A DNA stretch of 64,000 nt from a virus, in UHGV virus genome UHGV-1519562, one strand, 5' to 3'. The position numbers and the translations under genes were made by a program. This document shows positions 9,572 to 19,219 of this stretch, one piece after another. How positions within the stretch are numbered: position 1 is the first letter of the stretch; each line of letters starts with the position of its first letter. The notes below the pieces were generated by a model. It was not told the DNA's origin. It saw only the letters and a list, made by a program, of their open reading frames with translations, and did no database searches.

Positions 9572-10618
9572 TTAACCTCTTTTCTTGTTTCTACAACATT
9601 TACATATACTGTACCAACCATCTTTACTTGTTTTATTTTTTGAAAAGAAATCATTATGAGCTGGTTTAAGTTGACCACACTTTGAACATTTTTTCAAAGG
9701 TTTATTTAAAAGTTTATATTGCCAAAAAATAAAATCTTCTTTGGCAGCTTGCGCTATTAGCTTAGGAATTTTATTCCGCCATAAACTAGAAATATATTCT
9801 AAGCTATGTTTAATGCCAAATTCTGTTTGTAATAATTGCTGAATTTCAATGTTTTGCTTTCCATCAATTTTATATTCGACTAATCTTTCATACAAGGGAA
9901 AATTAGCTAAAGCTAACTCACTAATTTCATCAAAAGACTGAATTAAGTACCAAGTATCTCCTTCAAAATTATCATAACTATCTTGCTTTAATCGTGAATA
10001 GTTACATAAAATTGCAGAACATATTTCAGGGTTCATTAATGAAACTCCACTAATATGTACTTCTCCATTTTCATCAATAGTAGAATTATCCTCTAGTTTA
10101 ATAAAACCACTTAATGAACGAGTTAATTTATTAAAAATAATTGGACGTTGATATGCTTGTTTTATTATATATTGGTCTTTCCGCATATCTATTAAAGCCT
10201 TTTTCATAATATACGCATTTCTACCTGAAGTGCGTTTAAGGACGGCATCCCAATCATTAATTGTATTTCTTAATTGTTGCAAATAAGGTATATTTTCTAA
10301 ATCTTTTTTAGTAATTGAAATTTTAGGTTGAAAAATTGTATTTTTATTTTCAGAAATTAAATTATAAATGCCGTCTTCACCATTTTCTAACTGGCTGACA
10401 AGACCCTCAAAAGAAGTTTCACGTTTATTAACTGTAGTTAAACGATTTTCTGTTAAAATTTTCTTTTCTTTTTTCTCTTGTTTTTCCATACAAAGAATTA
10501 GATAATCCGCGAGCACTTCTAAATAAGAAGAATTTAGATCAGGGTTTTCTGCGATTATTTTTTCAACTAATTCTTTACGCTCTTCAGGAGATTCTAATGT
10601 ATAATCTAATTTAATCAT
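9572..10618 (-). CDS. hypothetical protein with C-terminal zinc ribbon
   Basis: 348-aa ORF; C-terminal CSKCG...CKCC resembles the zinc ribbon at the N-terminus of the next gene. Confidence 0.5.
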   Translation of the reverse strand: MIKLDYTLESPEERKELVEKIIAENPDLNSSYLEVLADYLILCMEKQEKKEKKILTENRLTTVNKRETSFEGLVSQLENGEDGIYNLISENKNTIFQPKISITKKDLENIPYLQQLRNTINDWDAVLKRTSGRNAYIMKKALIDMRKDQYIIKQAYQRPIIFNKLTRSLSGFIKLEDNSTIDENGEVHISGVSLMNPEICSAILCNYSRLKQDSYDNFEGDTWYLIQSFDEISELALANFPLYERLVEYKIDGKQNIEIQQLLQTEFGIKHSLEYISSLWRNKIPKLIAQAAKEDFIFWQYKLLNKPLKKCSKCGQLKPAHNDFFSKNKTSKDGWYSICKCCRNKKRG

Positions 10619-10843
10619 ATTATAATAATCATCTCCTTTATCTTATACTATTATTATACTACATCGCAACTACAAAAGTCAAAAAATTTTTAGATATATT
10701 AATTAAAAATGAAAAAAAATTTTAATAAAACTCGCCAAAGGCGAGTTTTATTAAAAGTAATTATTTTGACAAAACAGAAAAATAATGTTATAATAATTTT
10801 AAAGATTAAAGAAAATAACTTTTTAACAAAAGGAGAATTAACA

Positions 10844-11191
10844 ATGACTTATCAGGGTTTTGTCAAAGAAGATTTTCCGCAAGGAACGCATTTTTACTAT
10901 GGAATTGATATAGTAGAAATTATTTATAGAAAAACAAAAGATCAAAGAAATAAAATAATTGACTATTGGGATTTATCTAAAATTACTTCATTCGAGCCTT
11001 TTGCTGTTCATATGCGACAAGCGGATGATTCAGAATTCCGCAAACCTAATAAATTAATTAATGTGATAGGAAAACCTTTAATGGTTTTAGTTATTTATCC
11101 AGATAATTCTATAAATTATTTTTATCCAGAAGAAATTGAAAGTTCTTCTTTTGAAGAAGAGAATGAGGAGGATTTTGAAGATTATGAGTAA
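10844..11191 (+). CDS. hypothetical protein
   Basis: ATG at 10844 preceded by AAAGGAG; acidic C-terminus; track ORF extended upstream to 10709. Confidence 0.5.
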   Translation: MTYQGFVKEDFPQGTHFYYGIDIVEIIYRKTKDQRNKIIDYWDLSKITSFEPFAVHMRQADDSEFRKPNKLINVIGKPLMVLVIYPDNSINYFYPEEIESSSFEEENEEDFEDYE

Positions 11192-11735
11192 ACCTATTCC
11201 AACTTATCGCAATATTTTTCTAAGCGAAGATATTAAAGCAGAATCAGTTAAAAATATTATTGAGACAATTATGAAAATTAATTATGATGATGATTGTAAA
11301 GAAAAAGATTATAAAGACTGGAAGAGAGAACCTATTAAACTCTTTATCAACTGTTTTGGCGGTAGTGTTTATGATGGACTTAGCTTAGTAGATGTCATTA
11401 AGCAGAGTAAAACCCCAGTACATACTATTTCTATTGGTTCTAGTATGAGTATGGGTTTTTGGATTTATCTTGCAGGCCATAAGAGATATGTGGGTGAACA
11501 TTCAACTTTAATGTTCCATGATATTGCTTCGTGGATTTGGGATAAAACTGCGGGCATTAAGCAAGAGTTAGATGAAACACTAAGATTACAAAAAATTATT
11601 TGTAAAGAAATTACTTCTACTTCTGCTATTGAGCAAGAGACATTAGATGATTATATTAATAGAAAAGCTGAATGGTATATTCCTGCGGATAAAGCCATTG
11701 AGTTAGGCTTGGCTAACGGTTATTATAAAAATTAA
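11184..11735 (+). CDS. ClpP-like serine protease (S14 family), candidate prohead protease
   Basis: motifs INCFGGSVYDG, GSSMSMG (Ser), MFHDI (His) resemble the ClpP catalytic core; start ATG 11184 with GAGGAG RBS. Confidence 0.7.
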   Translation: MSKPIPTYRNIFLSEDIKAESVKNIIETIMKINYDDDCKEKDYKDWKREPIKLFINCFGGSVYDGLSLVDVIKQSKTPVHTISIGSSMSMGFWIYLAGHKRYVGEHSTLMFHDIASWIWDKTAGIKQELDETLRLQKIICKEITSTSAIEQETLDDYINRKAEWYIPADKAIELGLANGYYKN

Positions 11736-11748
11736 AGGAGAGAAATAA

Positions 11749-12321
11749 ATGAAAAGAAAGTTTCGACGATGCGGCCTCATTGCCGCGAGTATTTTTTGTA
11801 TTTTAACTATGTGCAGTTTCACTACTGCTGAAAAAGCAGCGCAATTAGATAAAGCACACAATATCGCAGAAACCGCACGTTCTATGGGATTGCCAGAAAG
11901 CGACCCCATTATAACAAGAGCCAAAGAAATTTGGTGGGAAGTATATAACACTAAAACTTATTCTGATGAAGATTTGCGGATTCTTGCCACTGTTATTCAT
12001 TATGAAGCCGGCAATTGCCCGGATCGCCATCAGCAATTAGTGGCGCAAGTAGTTTTGAATAGAGTTGCAGATTCCAGATTCCCCAATACTGTTAAGGCTG
12101 TTGTTATGCAGCCTCGGCAGTATGCCGCATGGTACGTAACTGCAAGACCGCAAATTTCGCAAAGATGTTATGATAATGCTAGATTGGCGCTTGAAGGCAA
12201 AGTTAATTGCCCCAAAAATGTAATTTATCAAGCGCAATTTCGCCAAGGAAAAGGAACTTATGAGGTGAGTAAAGTTGACACAGGTTGGTGGAAGTCTACC
12301 ACGTACTTTTGTTATGGATGA
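11749..12321 (+). CDS. secreted cell-wall hydrolase, SleB/CwlJ-like (candidate lysin)
   Basis: N-terminal signal/lipobox-like segment; VIHYEAGNC...VAQVVLNRV...PRQYAAWY resembles the Hydrolase_2 (SleB) domain. Confidence 0.65.
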   Translation: MKRKFRRCGLIAASIFCILTMCSFTTAEKAAQLDKAHNIAETARSMGLPESDPIITRAKEIWWEVYNTKTYSDEDLRILATVIHYEAGNCPDRHQQLVAQVVLNRVADSRFPNTVKAVVMQPRQYAAWYVTARPQISQRCYDNARLALEGKVNCPKNVIYQAQFRQGKGTYEVSKVDTGWWKSTTYFCYG

Positions 12322-12339
12322 AGCAAAGAAAGCTAGTCA

Positions 12340-12804
12340 ATTACATTTATTAATGACTTAGCTGTATTGTGGTGGAAAAATTAAAAGTCTTAAAGAATGG
12401 GAAGAAATTGTTAAGGAAAATAGTGCTAAAATAAGTATGTACTATAATAAAAATATTCAGCAAGAAAAATTAAGATTGATTAATGAAAGAATCAAAAAAC
12501 ACAATAAATCTATTTATGATTCTAAGGGAAGATTATTAAATATGACGATTAATAATATACTAAATTTTGCAAATATCTGATGAAGCTAGAGATGAATTAA
12601 TTACTATGCTTATTTTAAATGATAAAACTAAATTTAATACTACTCCTAATTAGGGCCAAGTGATAATATCATACAGAAAAATTTAAAATTATTATTACAA
12701 GGAAAAATGCCTTCTGCTAAAACTCAATTAGAAGGAGTTACAATAGCTTCATATGGATATAATAATGATAGACTGGCTGGAATTCTTTGTTTGAAGGATA
12801 GACT
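12340..12804 (+). pseudogene. decayed gene (several frameshifted protein-like fragments)
   Basis: three consecutive protein-like reading segments in different frames separated by stops; no ORF of 60 aa or more in the track despite the coding-like context. Confidence 0.35.
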
Positions 12805-13092
12805 ATGAAAATTATTTATAGATTAGAAGATTCCGCAGGCAATGGGCCATTCTTTTATAGAAATGGCCAAAATAGAATTTTTCCTGATTTATTTTTTGAA
12901 GAAGATAGAGGATTACATGGTTTTATTAATAAAAATAGATTTAAAGAACCAAGTTATATAGAATTTTATAAGAGTTCTGATTTTTATTTATATAAAATAA
13001 AAATATCAAAAAGTTTGTATGAAAATAAATATGGAGAAATTTTATTTAATGAAAATGATATAATAAGCAAAAGGAGAATTAGAAAATGGTAA
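12805..13092 (+). CDS. hypothetical protein
   Basis: 95-aa ORF, ATG with upstream purine-rich RBS. Confidence 0.5.
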   Translation: MKIIYRLEDSAGNGPFFYRNGQNRIFPDLFFEEDRGLHGFINKNRFKEPSYIEFYKSSDFYLYKIKISKSLYENKYGEILFNENDIISKRRIRKW

Positions 13093-13502
13093 TATGTGGT
13101 TTTCCAGGAATAGGAAAAACTTTTACAGTTCAAAATTGGATTTATTCAAATATAAAAATTTATGATTCAGATAGTTCAAATTTTTCATGGATTGATAAAA
13201 ATGACCACTCCAAAGATTTTCCCACAAATTATATCGAGTATATTAAATCAATAGGTAATGAAAATAGCGTTGTTTTAACAAGTTCGCATAAAGAAGTGCG
13301 GGATGCCCTTAAAGCCGCAGGAATTAACTACTATGTTGTGTACCCCAATTTGGAAAGTTTTGGCAAAGATTTTTATTTAGATAGAATCTGCGGAAGGGAA
13401 AACGGCATTTATCCTGGAGACATTCGTTTTAAAGTAAATGATTGTTTTTGTAAAAGAGATAATGTAATTTGGATAGAAAGGGGGAGTTTTGATGAGGGAT
13501 AA
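13086..13502 (+). CDS. P-loop NTPase / small nucleotide kinase-like protein
   Basis: N-terminal Walker A GFPGIGKT; 138 aa. Confidence 0.55.
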   Translation: MVICGFPGIGKTFTVQNWIYSNIKIYDSDSSNFSWIDKNDHSKDFPTNYIEYIKSIGNENSVVLTSSHKEVRDALKAAGINYYVVYPNLESFGKDFYLDRICGRENGIYPGDIRFKVNDCFCKRDNVIWIERGSFDEG

Positions 13503-13848
13503 TAAATATTTTAAAAATCTTAAAGAAATTCCTTTTCCCTATGCGGAAAAAACTTATGCAGGACTAGACCAAAGAGATTGTTTTAATTTGGATACTTCTT
13601 TAATTGCTTGGCTTTATGAACATTTACAAGCTTATTATGATGAGGCCAATGTTAGTATTGATTTAATGGAGCATAAATATAATATTAATGGTGAAGAACT
13701 GAATGAGAAAGAGTGTATTTTTAGAATGATTGAAGATTGTAAAATTATTCTTGACACTTGGGAATATGAAAATTTTGCTGAAAGGAACGCAGCAAAAAAT
13801 GATTTATTTGATGTTTTGAAGGAATGTATTTGGAGTTTATGGTATTGA
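13489..13848 (+). CDS. hypothetical protein
   Basis: 119-aa ORF overlapping the previous stop (operon-like packing). Confidence 0.5.
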   Translation: MMRDNKYFKNLKEIPFPYAEKTYAGLDQRDCFNLDTSLIAWLYEHLQAYYDEANVSIDLMEHKYNINGEELNEKECIFRMIEDCKIILDTWEYENFAERNAAKNDLFDVLKECIWSLWY

Positions 13849-14279
13849 TTTTAAATTTCTGCGAAATTTAAAATCAAAAAGAAAATTCGTTTTTTAAATT
13901 TAAAATTGACTTAACTCGTTGTTCAAATTTAAAAATGGTTTAGAGAGGGAAATGTCCAGGCCAAATGGTTTTTAATAACAAATATAATTTTTTTCCCGAA
14001 AACTACCCCGGAGTACGCCAAACCATTAAACTATCTTTCATTGGTAAATATCCATTGACCCCACAAAGGCCCCATCAAACAGCATCTTTTGTAAACAACC
14101 ATTCATTAATCAAAAGAGAAATGGTCTTGTCAATAGGCAAATTAAACAAAATTATTTTTCAGCAAAACGCATAAAGAAGAACTCTTAATTTCTTTTTCTT
14201 TTGTTTAATGCGTCAATAGACAAAAGACTATCTCAATGGTATAATAAATACAGAAATTAAGGAAAGGGGTCAATGACCT

Positions 14280-14627
14280 ATGAAAAAGTTCTTCTCTATC
14301 ATCGCTGTTCTGGCAATCGCTATCTCTGCTCTCACTACTTCTGCTTGCGCTCTCAACACTCCTGCTGAAAATGCCAGATACTGCGCAACAAACAGCATCC
14401 ACTATGGTATGAATACTGTTCGTCTGGTTCGCGCCACTGTTACTGCAACTCATGATGATGGATGTGTGACATTGAAAGACATGCGTGATGGCAACCTGTA
14501 CGCCATTGATGATGATGGCCTTGTGAAAGGTGAGGACGTTCTCATTGCTATTGACGACAATGCTACACCAGGTTTTGTCTATGATGACATGATTCTTGGC
14601 TTCTGGAATGGTTCTGCTCTTAAATGA
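14280..14627 (+). CDS. secreted protein / lipoprotein (hypothetical)
   Basis: N-terminal signal peptide with TTSAC lipobox-like cysteine; GGGG RBS; higher-GC codon usage than neighbours. Confidence 0.6.
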   Translation: MKKFFSIIAVLAIAISALTTSACALNTPAENARYCATNSIHYGMNTVRLVRATVTATHDDGCVTLKDMRDGNLYAIDDDGLVKGEDVLIAIDDNATPGFVYDDMILGFWNGSALK

Positions 14628-14677
14628 GCAGAACCATTTTCTTTTTTTATTTTATAAATAAATAAATGAAAAAGGTA

Positions 14678-14706
14678 TTGACATTCTGGTTGAAGTATGG
14701 TATACT
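14678..14706 (+). promoter_or_regulatory. sigma-70-type promoter (TTGACA N17 TATACT)
   Basis: TTGACA at 14678-14683, 17-nt spacer, TATACT at 14701-14706, followed by AAGGAGG and ATG 14734. Confidence 0.6.
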
Positions 14707-14733
14707 ATAAATAACAAAAGGAGGAAAGATCAA

Positions 14734-14937
14734 ATGAAAAAGACTTTTGAGTTCTATGCTTGCTCACCTGTTAAGACATGGCGGAACAACTACCAGGGAG
14801 AAAGTTGGCAGTGGGCTAAAGTTCAATGGTTTCGCTTCCCTTCTGGTCTGCGCAAGTGTTTAGTCTTTCCTGATGGTCAGGCAATCAAGATTGAACTTTG
14901 TAAGGTTAAAAACAAAAGAGAGGTTAAGAAAGTATGA
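14734..14937 (+). CDS. hypothetical protein
   Basis: 67-aa ORF with AAGGAGG RBS. Confidence 0.55.
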   Translation: MKKTFEFYACSPVKTWRNNYQGESWQWAKVQWFRFPSGLRKCLVFPDGQAIKIELCKVKNKREVKKV

Positions 14938-15164
14938 AAGAGTTGTACATGATGTATAATAAACGCTATGCAACAGGTATAAGTTTTTATACAAATTATG
15001 AAACTGCTTTGTTAGCAAGATACATTGCTTGTATAAAGATATCTAAACATGAAAAAGACAATGTAATGACAGAGTTTAGCACAAAAGAAGTAAGACAAAA
15101 ATATTGTAAAGATTGGTTTAACATTCTTAATATTAAACAGTTGATGTTGGTAGGAAGGAGATGA
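14934..15164 (+). CDS. hypothetical protein
   Basis: 76-aa ORF overlapping previous stop (ATGA). Confidence 0.5.
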   Translation: MKELYMMYNKRYATGISFYTNYETALLARYIACIKISKHEKDNVMTEFSTKEVRQKYCKDWFNILNIKQLMLVGRR

Positions 15165-15331
15165 AAAACTTCATCTCTTTCCTTTTGTTTAACATACTTG
15201 TTATAAACGAATGTCTTCGTTTTACAAGGCAACTTTCCGAATCAGTATACCACAAAGTCTGCTCAAAATCAATAGTCAAAATAGCTAAATTTAGAGGGAG
15301 AATTGGGATCCCGAATTGTGCAGTATGCCTA

Positions 15332-15360
15332 TTGACCTATTGCGGCAAGTGTGTTATTAT
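15332..15360 (+). promoter_or_regulatory. sigma-70-type promoter (TTGACC N17 TATTAT, extended -10)
   Basis: TTGACC 15332-15337, TG at 15352-15353, TATTAT 15355-15360; drives the gene at 15391. Confidence 0.55.
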
Positions 15361-15390
15361 ATAATTACAAAAGGAAAGGGGATAAAACAA

Positions 15391-15576
15391 ATGAAGAACA
15401 TCAAGAAGATCATTGGTGTCAAGATGGACAAAGCTAACAAGGCGATCCTTGACAAGTGGAAGGAATGGATCAAAGAAGAGGGCCGCGATGAAACCAGTAA
15501 GAATGACTTCGCTAACTATTACGCCAACTCTTATGAAGAGTATCAGCAGATTTGGGAAGTGGTTGAATGTTTGTAA
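15391..15576 (+). CDS. hypothetical protein
   Basis: ATG 15391 after AAAGGAAAGGGG; track ORF started further upstream. Confidence 0.5.
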   Translation: MKNIKKIIGVKMDKANKAILDKWKEWIKEEGRDETSKNDFANYYANSYEEYQQIWEVVECL

Positions 15577-15583
15577 AAAAGTC

Positions 15584-15612
15584 TTGACAAGAAGCTCAGT
15601 CTGTGGTATAAT
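15584..15612 (+). promoter_or_regulatory. sigma-70-type promoter (TTGACA N17 TATAAT)
   Basis: TTGACA 15584-15589, TGG-TATAAT 15607-15612. Confidence 0.6.
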
Positions 15613-15642
15613 AAGACCATAACAAAAGAAAGGATGATTTTT

Positions 15643-16008
15643 ATGTTGAAAAAGACAGTCTACTTCTGTGAGTATTGCAGTGAGGTTTTTGAGGACTATG
15701 ACAGCTGCAACTTGCACGAGATGGAAGAAATGGCGAAGCGTTGTGAGGATAGCTTCAAGCTGTATGATAAGCTCGGCGAAGTCAAGCTCAACCTTAAGCT
15801 AATCCTGCACCTATTATTGCTATCTTGTGCGATGGTAATAAAGAAGCCGTTGAATTGCTCAAGCGCTATTTCATTAGCTTCGACCATAAAGCCCCTTCTC
15901 TTGCTCCGGGAGAAGAAGCCCTCTTGGTGCTCAATGAACGCACTGGTAACTGGTGCAATATTGATGAAGCCATTCAACAGCTTCAAGATTTGTTCTAAAC
16001 AGCAATGA
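15643..16008 (+). CDS. hypothetical protein, possibly frameshifted
   Basis: N-terminal CEYC...C zinc-finger-like start; the C-terminal half reads more protein-like in another frame ending about 16000. Confidence 0.4.
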   Translation: MLKKTVYFCEYCSEVFEDYDSCNLHEMEEMAKRCEDSFKLYDKLGEVKLNLKLILHLLLLSCAMVIKKPLNCSSAISLASTIKPLLLLREKKPSWCSMNALVTGAILMKPFNSFKICSKQQ

Positions 16009-16149
16009 AAAAGGAAAGTTTTGCGGCCTTCCTTTTTCTTTTATTTGTATTGTGTAAGTTTTTATTCTTAATTTGTGCATTTTTACCTATTGACATCTTC
16101 CCAAAATTATGTTATTATATAATCAAGATAAAGAAAGGGGAAACAAAAG

Positions 16150-16482
16150 ATGATTAACAAGGAACTGTTCGACAGCCGGTACACCACAACCTACTATGAA
16201 AGCGCTTATGTGCTTCACGATGGAGACTTGACTCTCTACTATCCCAACTGCGGTTATGACCCTGAGAAAATCATGGTCTGGAAGATTACTGCTGAGGATT
16301 ACCGCTTTTATGGCAAAGGCGCTCTGAAAGAACTGCTGGAAGTTCTTTACAAGGAAGCTGCTCCTGAGTTGGTGGCTCTGGTTGATAGCAAACTCCGATT
16401 GGCAACTAACGACGAGGAATGTGCTACGCTTGTTAAGCACAAGTATCCCAACGACAAACAGCGCTACATTGACATGTGGTAA
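16150..16482 (+). CDS. hypothetical protein
   Basis: 110-aa ORF, promoter at 16087-16125 and GGGG RBS. Confidence 0.55.
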   Translation: MINKELFDSRYTTTYYESAYVLHDGDLTLYYPNCGYDPEKIMVWKITAEDYRFYGKGALKELLEVLYKEAAPELVALVDSKLRLATNDEECATLVKHKYPNDKQRYIDMW

Positions 16483-16503
16483 AAAGTAAAGGAGCTGATT
16501 AGA

Positions 16504-16725
16504 ATGATAACAATCTTTCACAAAGCAGGTATTGCTTTCAGGGGAGAATATCTCCGGGAAGCTTGCAGGAAGAACTACGATTGGCTTACTTTAATGTATG
16601 CCGTTGAAGATTATAACCGCGCTGTGAAGCGTTACTACAAGTATGTTTCTCGTCACCACGCAGTTATCCTTAACAAATATCCTTCTGGCGATGTTATCGC
16701 TCTTGAAGAAGGAGTAATTCTATAA
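16504..16725 (+). CDS. hypothetical protein
   Basis: 73-aa ORF with AAAGGAG RBS. Confidence 0.55.
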   Translation: MITIFHKAGIAFRGEYLREACRKNYDWLTLMYAVEDYNRAVKRYYKYVSRHHAVILNKYPSGDVIALEEGVIL

Positions 16726-16752
16726 GGGCCGCAAGGCCCTTTTTCTTTTTTG
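16724..16752 (+). terminator. intrinsic terminator
   Basis: GGGCCGCAAGGCCC hairpin followed by a T-run. Confidence 0.7.
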
Positions 16753-16860
16753 CTATATGCTTATATAGTGAAACTTCTAGGCTTCTAGCGAAAAAAAAAT
16801 AAATAAAAATTTTTTTGTTTAATTTACCTATTGACACCAAAGAAAAAGTATGGTATAATA

Positions 16861-16935
16861 ATTGCGGCGGCGCGCACACGACCATGGCTTTCCAATGCGC
16901 GCCGAAATTCTGTCAATACGCAAATTGCACAAAAA
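16861..16935 (+). other. GC-rich conserved element (family copy 1), transcribed leader
   Basis: GCGGCGGCGCGC...GCGCGCCGAAATT...TGTCAAT...TTGCACAAAAATTT starts right after the -10 of the promoter at 16835-16860; related copies at 19706, 21781, 23741, 25961, 63421. Confidence 0.5.
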
Positions 16936-17092
16936 TTTAGAGGAAAGTTTGGTGATTTTGCCCAGAAGTATTCATCCCGAAATGGTATTTGTTTATAAAA
17001 AGTATAGCGGCAAAACATTATCAAAATTGATTATTGAATTTCTTAAAAAATTTTGTTATAATAATTACAGAAAACAAAAGGAGGTCAAAAGT

Positions 17093-17254
17093 ATGGCTGA
17101 ATACCGTGACTGGCTGGTAGTTTTCCCCAATGGTGGGCAGATACATTTTGATAACAAGGGTATCGCAATGCAGAACGCAACCCGCAAGAAAGGCTTTGTC
17201 TATGAGTGTCATCTGGAAGAGAATGGGAATGAAACTCTCATTCATATCTTTTGA
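17093..17254 (+). CDS. hypothetical protein
   Basis: ATG 17093 after AAGGAGG; the track ORF 16862-17254 upstream part overlaps the GC element and is probably not coding. Confidence 0.5.
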   Translation: MAEYRDWLVVFPNGGQIHFDNKGIAMQNATRKKGFVYECHLEENGNETLIHIF

Positions 17255-17269
17255 TAGGAGGTATTGCGT

Positions 17270-17449
17270 ATGAAGCAGACTTATTCTATCTATCATGCAG
17301 GCGATGAAGAAATTATCGGGCCTTTTGATTCCTTTTCATTGGCAGAGGATTTCTTTCATAGGTTAGCTCAGTATGCTACTACAATGTATTACTTGGTAGA
17401 TGATTCTACTGGTGAAATTCTTCTTGATATTGAAGAAATTAAGGCTTGA
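17270..17449 (+). CDS. hypothetical protein
   Basis: ATG 17270 after TAGGAGG. Confidence 0.5.
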   Translation: MKQTYSIYHAGDEEIIGPFDSFSLAEDFFHRLAQYATTMYYLVDDSTGEILLDIEEIKA

Positions 17450-17473
17450 CATTTGGGCCTTACCGTGGTATAA
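17445..17473 (+). promoter_or_regulatory. sigma-70-type promoter (TTGACA N17 TATAAT)
   Basis: TTGACA 17445-17450, TGG-TATAAT 17468-17473. Confidence 0.6.
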
Positions 17474-17507
17474 TTACCATAGAAACAAAGGAAAGAGGTT
17501 GATACTT

Positions 17508-17963
17508 ATGACTGACAAAATGTTGGCTTTTGATATGGACGGCACTATTGCTGACCTGTATGGGGTTAATGGTTGGCTGTCTAAGCTGCGGAAGGAAGAT
17601 GCAAGCCCTTACCTGGAAGCTAAACCCATGTGGGATGTGGATAAGCTCAACGAGCTTATCAATAAACTAAAGCAGGCTGGTTGGGAGATTGCAATCATCA
17701 CTTGGCTTTCTAAAGAAAGCAGCCCTGAGTATGCAAAGACTGTGCGAGAAGCTAAAAAGGCTTGGCTCTTGAAATGGGGTTTCCCCTATGACCACTTTCA
17801 TGGTCTAAAGTATGGAGCCACTAAAGCGGATGCTGTTCGTAGAAAAGCATCTAAGGCAATTCTTATTGATGATAATAAGAAAGTTCGTGACAGTTGGCAT
17901 TTAGGAGAAACTGTTAATCCTGAAACTTGTAACATCATTGATTTTTTGGCTTCCCTGCTTTAA
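17508..17963 (+). CDS. HAD-superfamily phosphatase / nucleotidase-like
   Basis: FDMDGT motif I (DxDGT) near the N-terminus; ATG 17508 after GAAAGAGG. Confidence 0.6.
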   Translation: MTDKMLAFDMDGTIADLYGVNGWLSKLRKEDASPYLEAKPMWDVDKLNELINKLKQAGWEIAIITWLSKESSPEYAKTVREAKKAWLLKWGFPYDHFHGLKYGATKADAVRRKASKAILIDDNKKVRDSWHLGETVNPETCNIIDFLASLL

Positions 17964-17983
17964 GCAGGGAGTCAAAAAAGTTC

Positions 17984-18012
17984 TTGACAAATGAGAAAAA
18001 ATCTGGTATAAT
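17984..18012 (+). promoter_or_regulatory. sigma-70-type promoter (TTGACA N17 TATAAT)
   Basis: TTGACA 17984-17989, TGG-TATAAT 18007-18012, conserved leader ACAGAAATTAAGAAAGAGG. Confidence 0.6.
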
Positions 18013-18045
18013 GAGTACAGAAATTAAGAAAGAGGTAGATGCAAC

Positions 18046-18741
18046 ATGAGTATTGACAAGCGCAGACATTACGTTCTGCTTCTGGACACTGAGACAGCAA
18101 ACACCATCACTGACCAAAAAGGCCGATTAGACATGACCTCAGTTCTTGTCTATGATTGCGGGTGGTGTGTTATGGACACAAGAGGAAATATCTATAAGGA
18201 ACAATCCTTTGTTAATCGAGATATTTTCTTTGATGAAAGTGAGCTTATGAAATCCGCCTACTACGCGGAAAAGATTCCCCAGTATCTGGAAGATATTCGA
18301 CAGGGCATCCGACAAGTAGCTAACACTTACCAGATTCGACAGACTATGCTTGCAGACATGGCAGAATATGGTATTACAGAAGTAGTTGCCCACAATGCAA
18401 GATTCGACCTGAACGCATTGAATTTACTTCAACGCTGGACTACCAAAAGTAAATACCGCTATTGGTTCCCCTATGGTACCGATTTTTGGGATACTCTCAA
18501 AATGGCAAGAGATGTTATTCTAAAGATGCCTACCTATAAAAGGTTCTGTGAACAACACGGTTTTTTAACCAAAACTGGTAAACTCTCAGCAACAGCAGAA
18601 AATCTGTATAGATTCATCACCAAAGACCCTACTTTTCAGGAAGAACATAAAGGTCTTGACGATGTGCGGATTGAGCGGGAGATTATGATTTACTGCTATC
18701 GGCAAAAGAAGAAAATGCGGAAAAAACTTTTTGAAAATTAA
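18046..18741 (+). CDS. DEDDh 3'-5' exonuclease (DnaQ-like)
   Basis: Exo I LLLDTETA, Exo II VAHNARFDLN, Exo III HKGLDDV. Confidence 0.7.
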   Translation: MSIDKRRHYVLLLDTETANTITDQKGRLDMTSVLVYDCGWCVMDTRGNIYKEQSFVNRDIFFDESELMKSAYYAEKIPQYLEDIRQGIRQVANTYQIRQTMLADMAEYGITEVVAHNARFDLNALNLLQRWTTKSKYRYWFPYGTDFWDTLKMARDVILKMPTYKRFCEQHGFLTKTGKLSATAENLYRFITKDPTFQEEHKGLDDVRIEREIMIYCYRQKKKMRKKLFEN

Positions 18742-18862
18742 AAAACCGCTTGACAAAACAAAAGGAAAATGATATAATATAAGAGAAGTGAGGGAAAGAA
18801 AACCCTCTCCACTTCCTTAACAATTAGGGTAGCGACCTACCGCACAGAAAGGAATTGATATT

Positions 18863-19219
18863 ATGACTAACGAGAAGAAGATTACTAACAAGGGCGCCCT
18901 TCAGTATGTTCTGGACAACTGCGAGATTCCTGCCGACGTTCGTGCCAAGATTGAGATTCTGCTCCATCAGCAAGAGAACAAGAGCCGTGGTAGTGGTAAG
19001 CCTACTGCAACTCAGACTGAGAACGCACGTCTGATTGAAGTGATTGCCGACACTCTGCCCAAGGGCGAGGCTTTCACCATCTCCGACATTACCAAGACCA
19101 TTCCTGAGCTGAACGGCTTTACCCCTCAGAAGGTTGGCCCCATGCTCAAGAAGCTGGTTGAAACTGGCCGAGCCACCCGTGACACTAACAAGGGCAAGGC
19201 ATATTATACTATGGTGTGA
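18863..19219 (+). CDS. hypothetical protein, paralog of 22200-22616
   Basis: 118 aa; shares ...TENxxxxxxIAxxL...IPELxxxTPQ(K/R)(V/I)xPM.K.LV..G.A..DT.KG.A.. with the ORF at 22200; GC-richer codon usage. Confidence 0.6.
   Translation: MTNEKKITNKGALQYVLDNCEIPADVRAKIEILLHQQENKSRGSGKPTATQTENARLIEVIADTLPKGEAFTISDITKTIPELNGFTPQKVGPMLKKLVETGRATRDTNKGKAYYTMV

Noticed and set aside
13965-14174. ORF of 69 aa
   Set aside because: No ribosome-binding site or promoter, low-complexity translation, lies in a terminator-rich intergenic gap.
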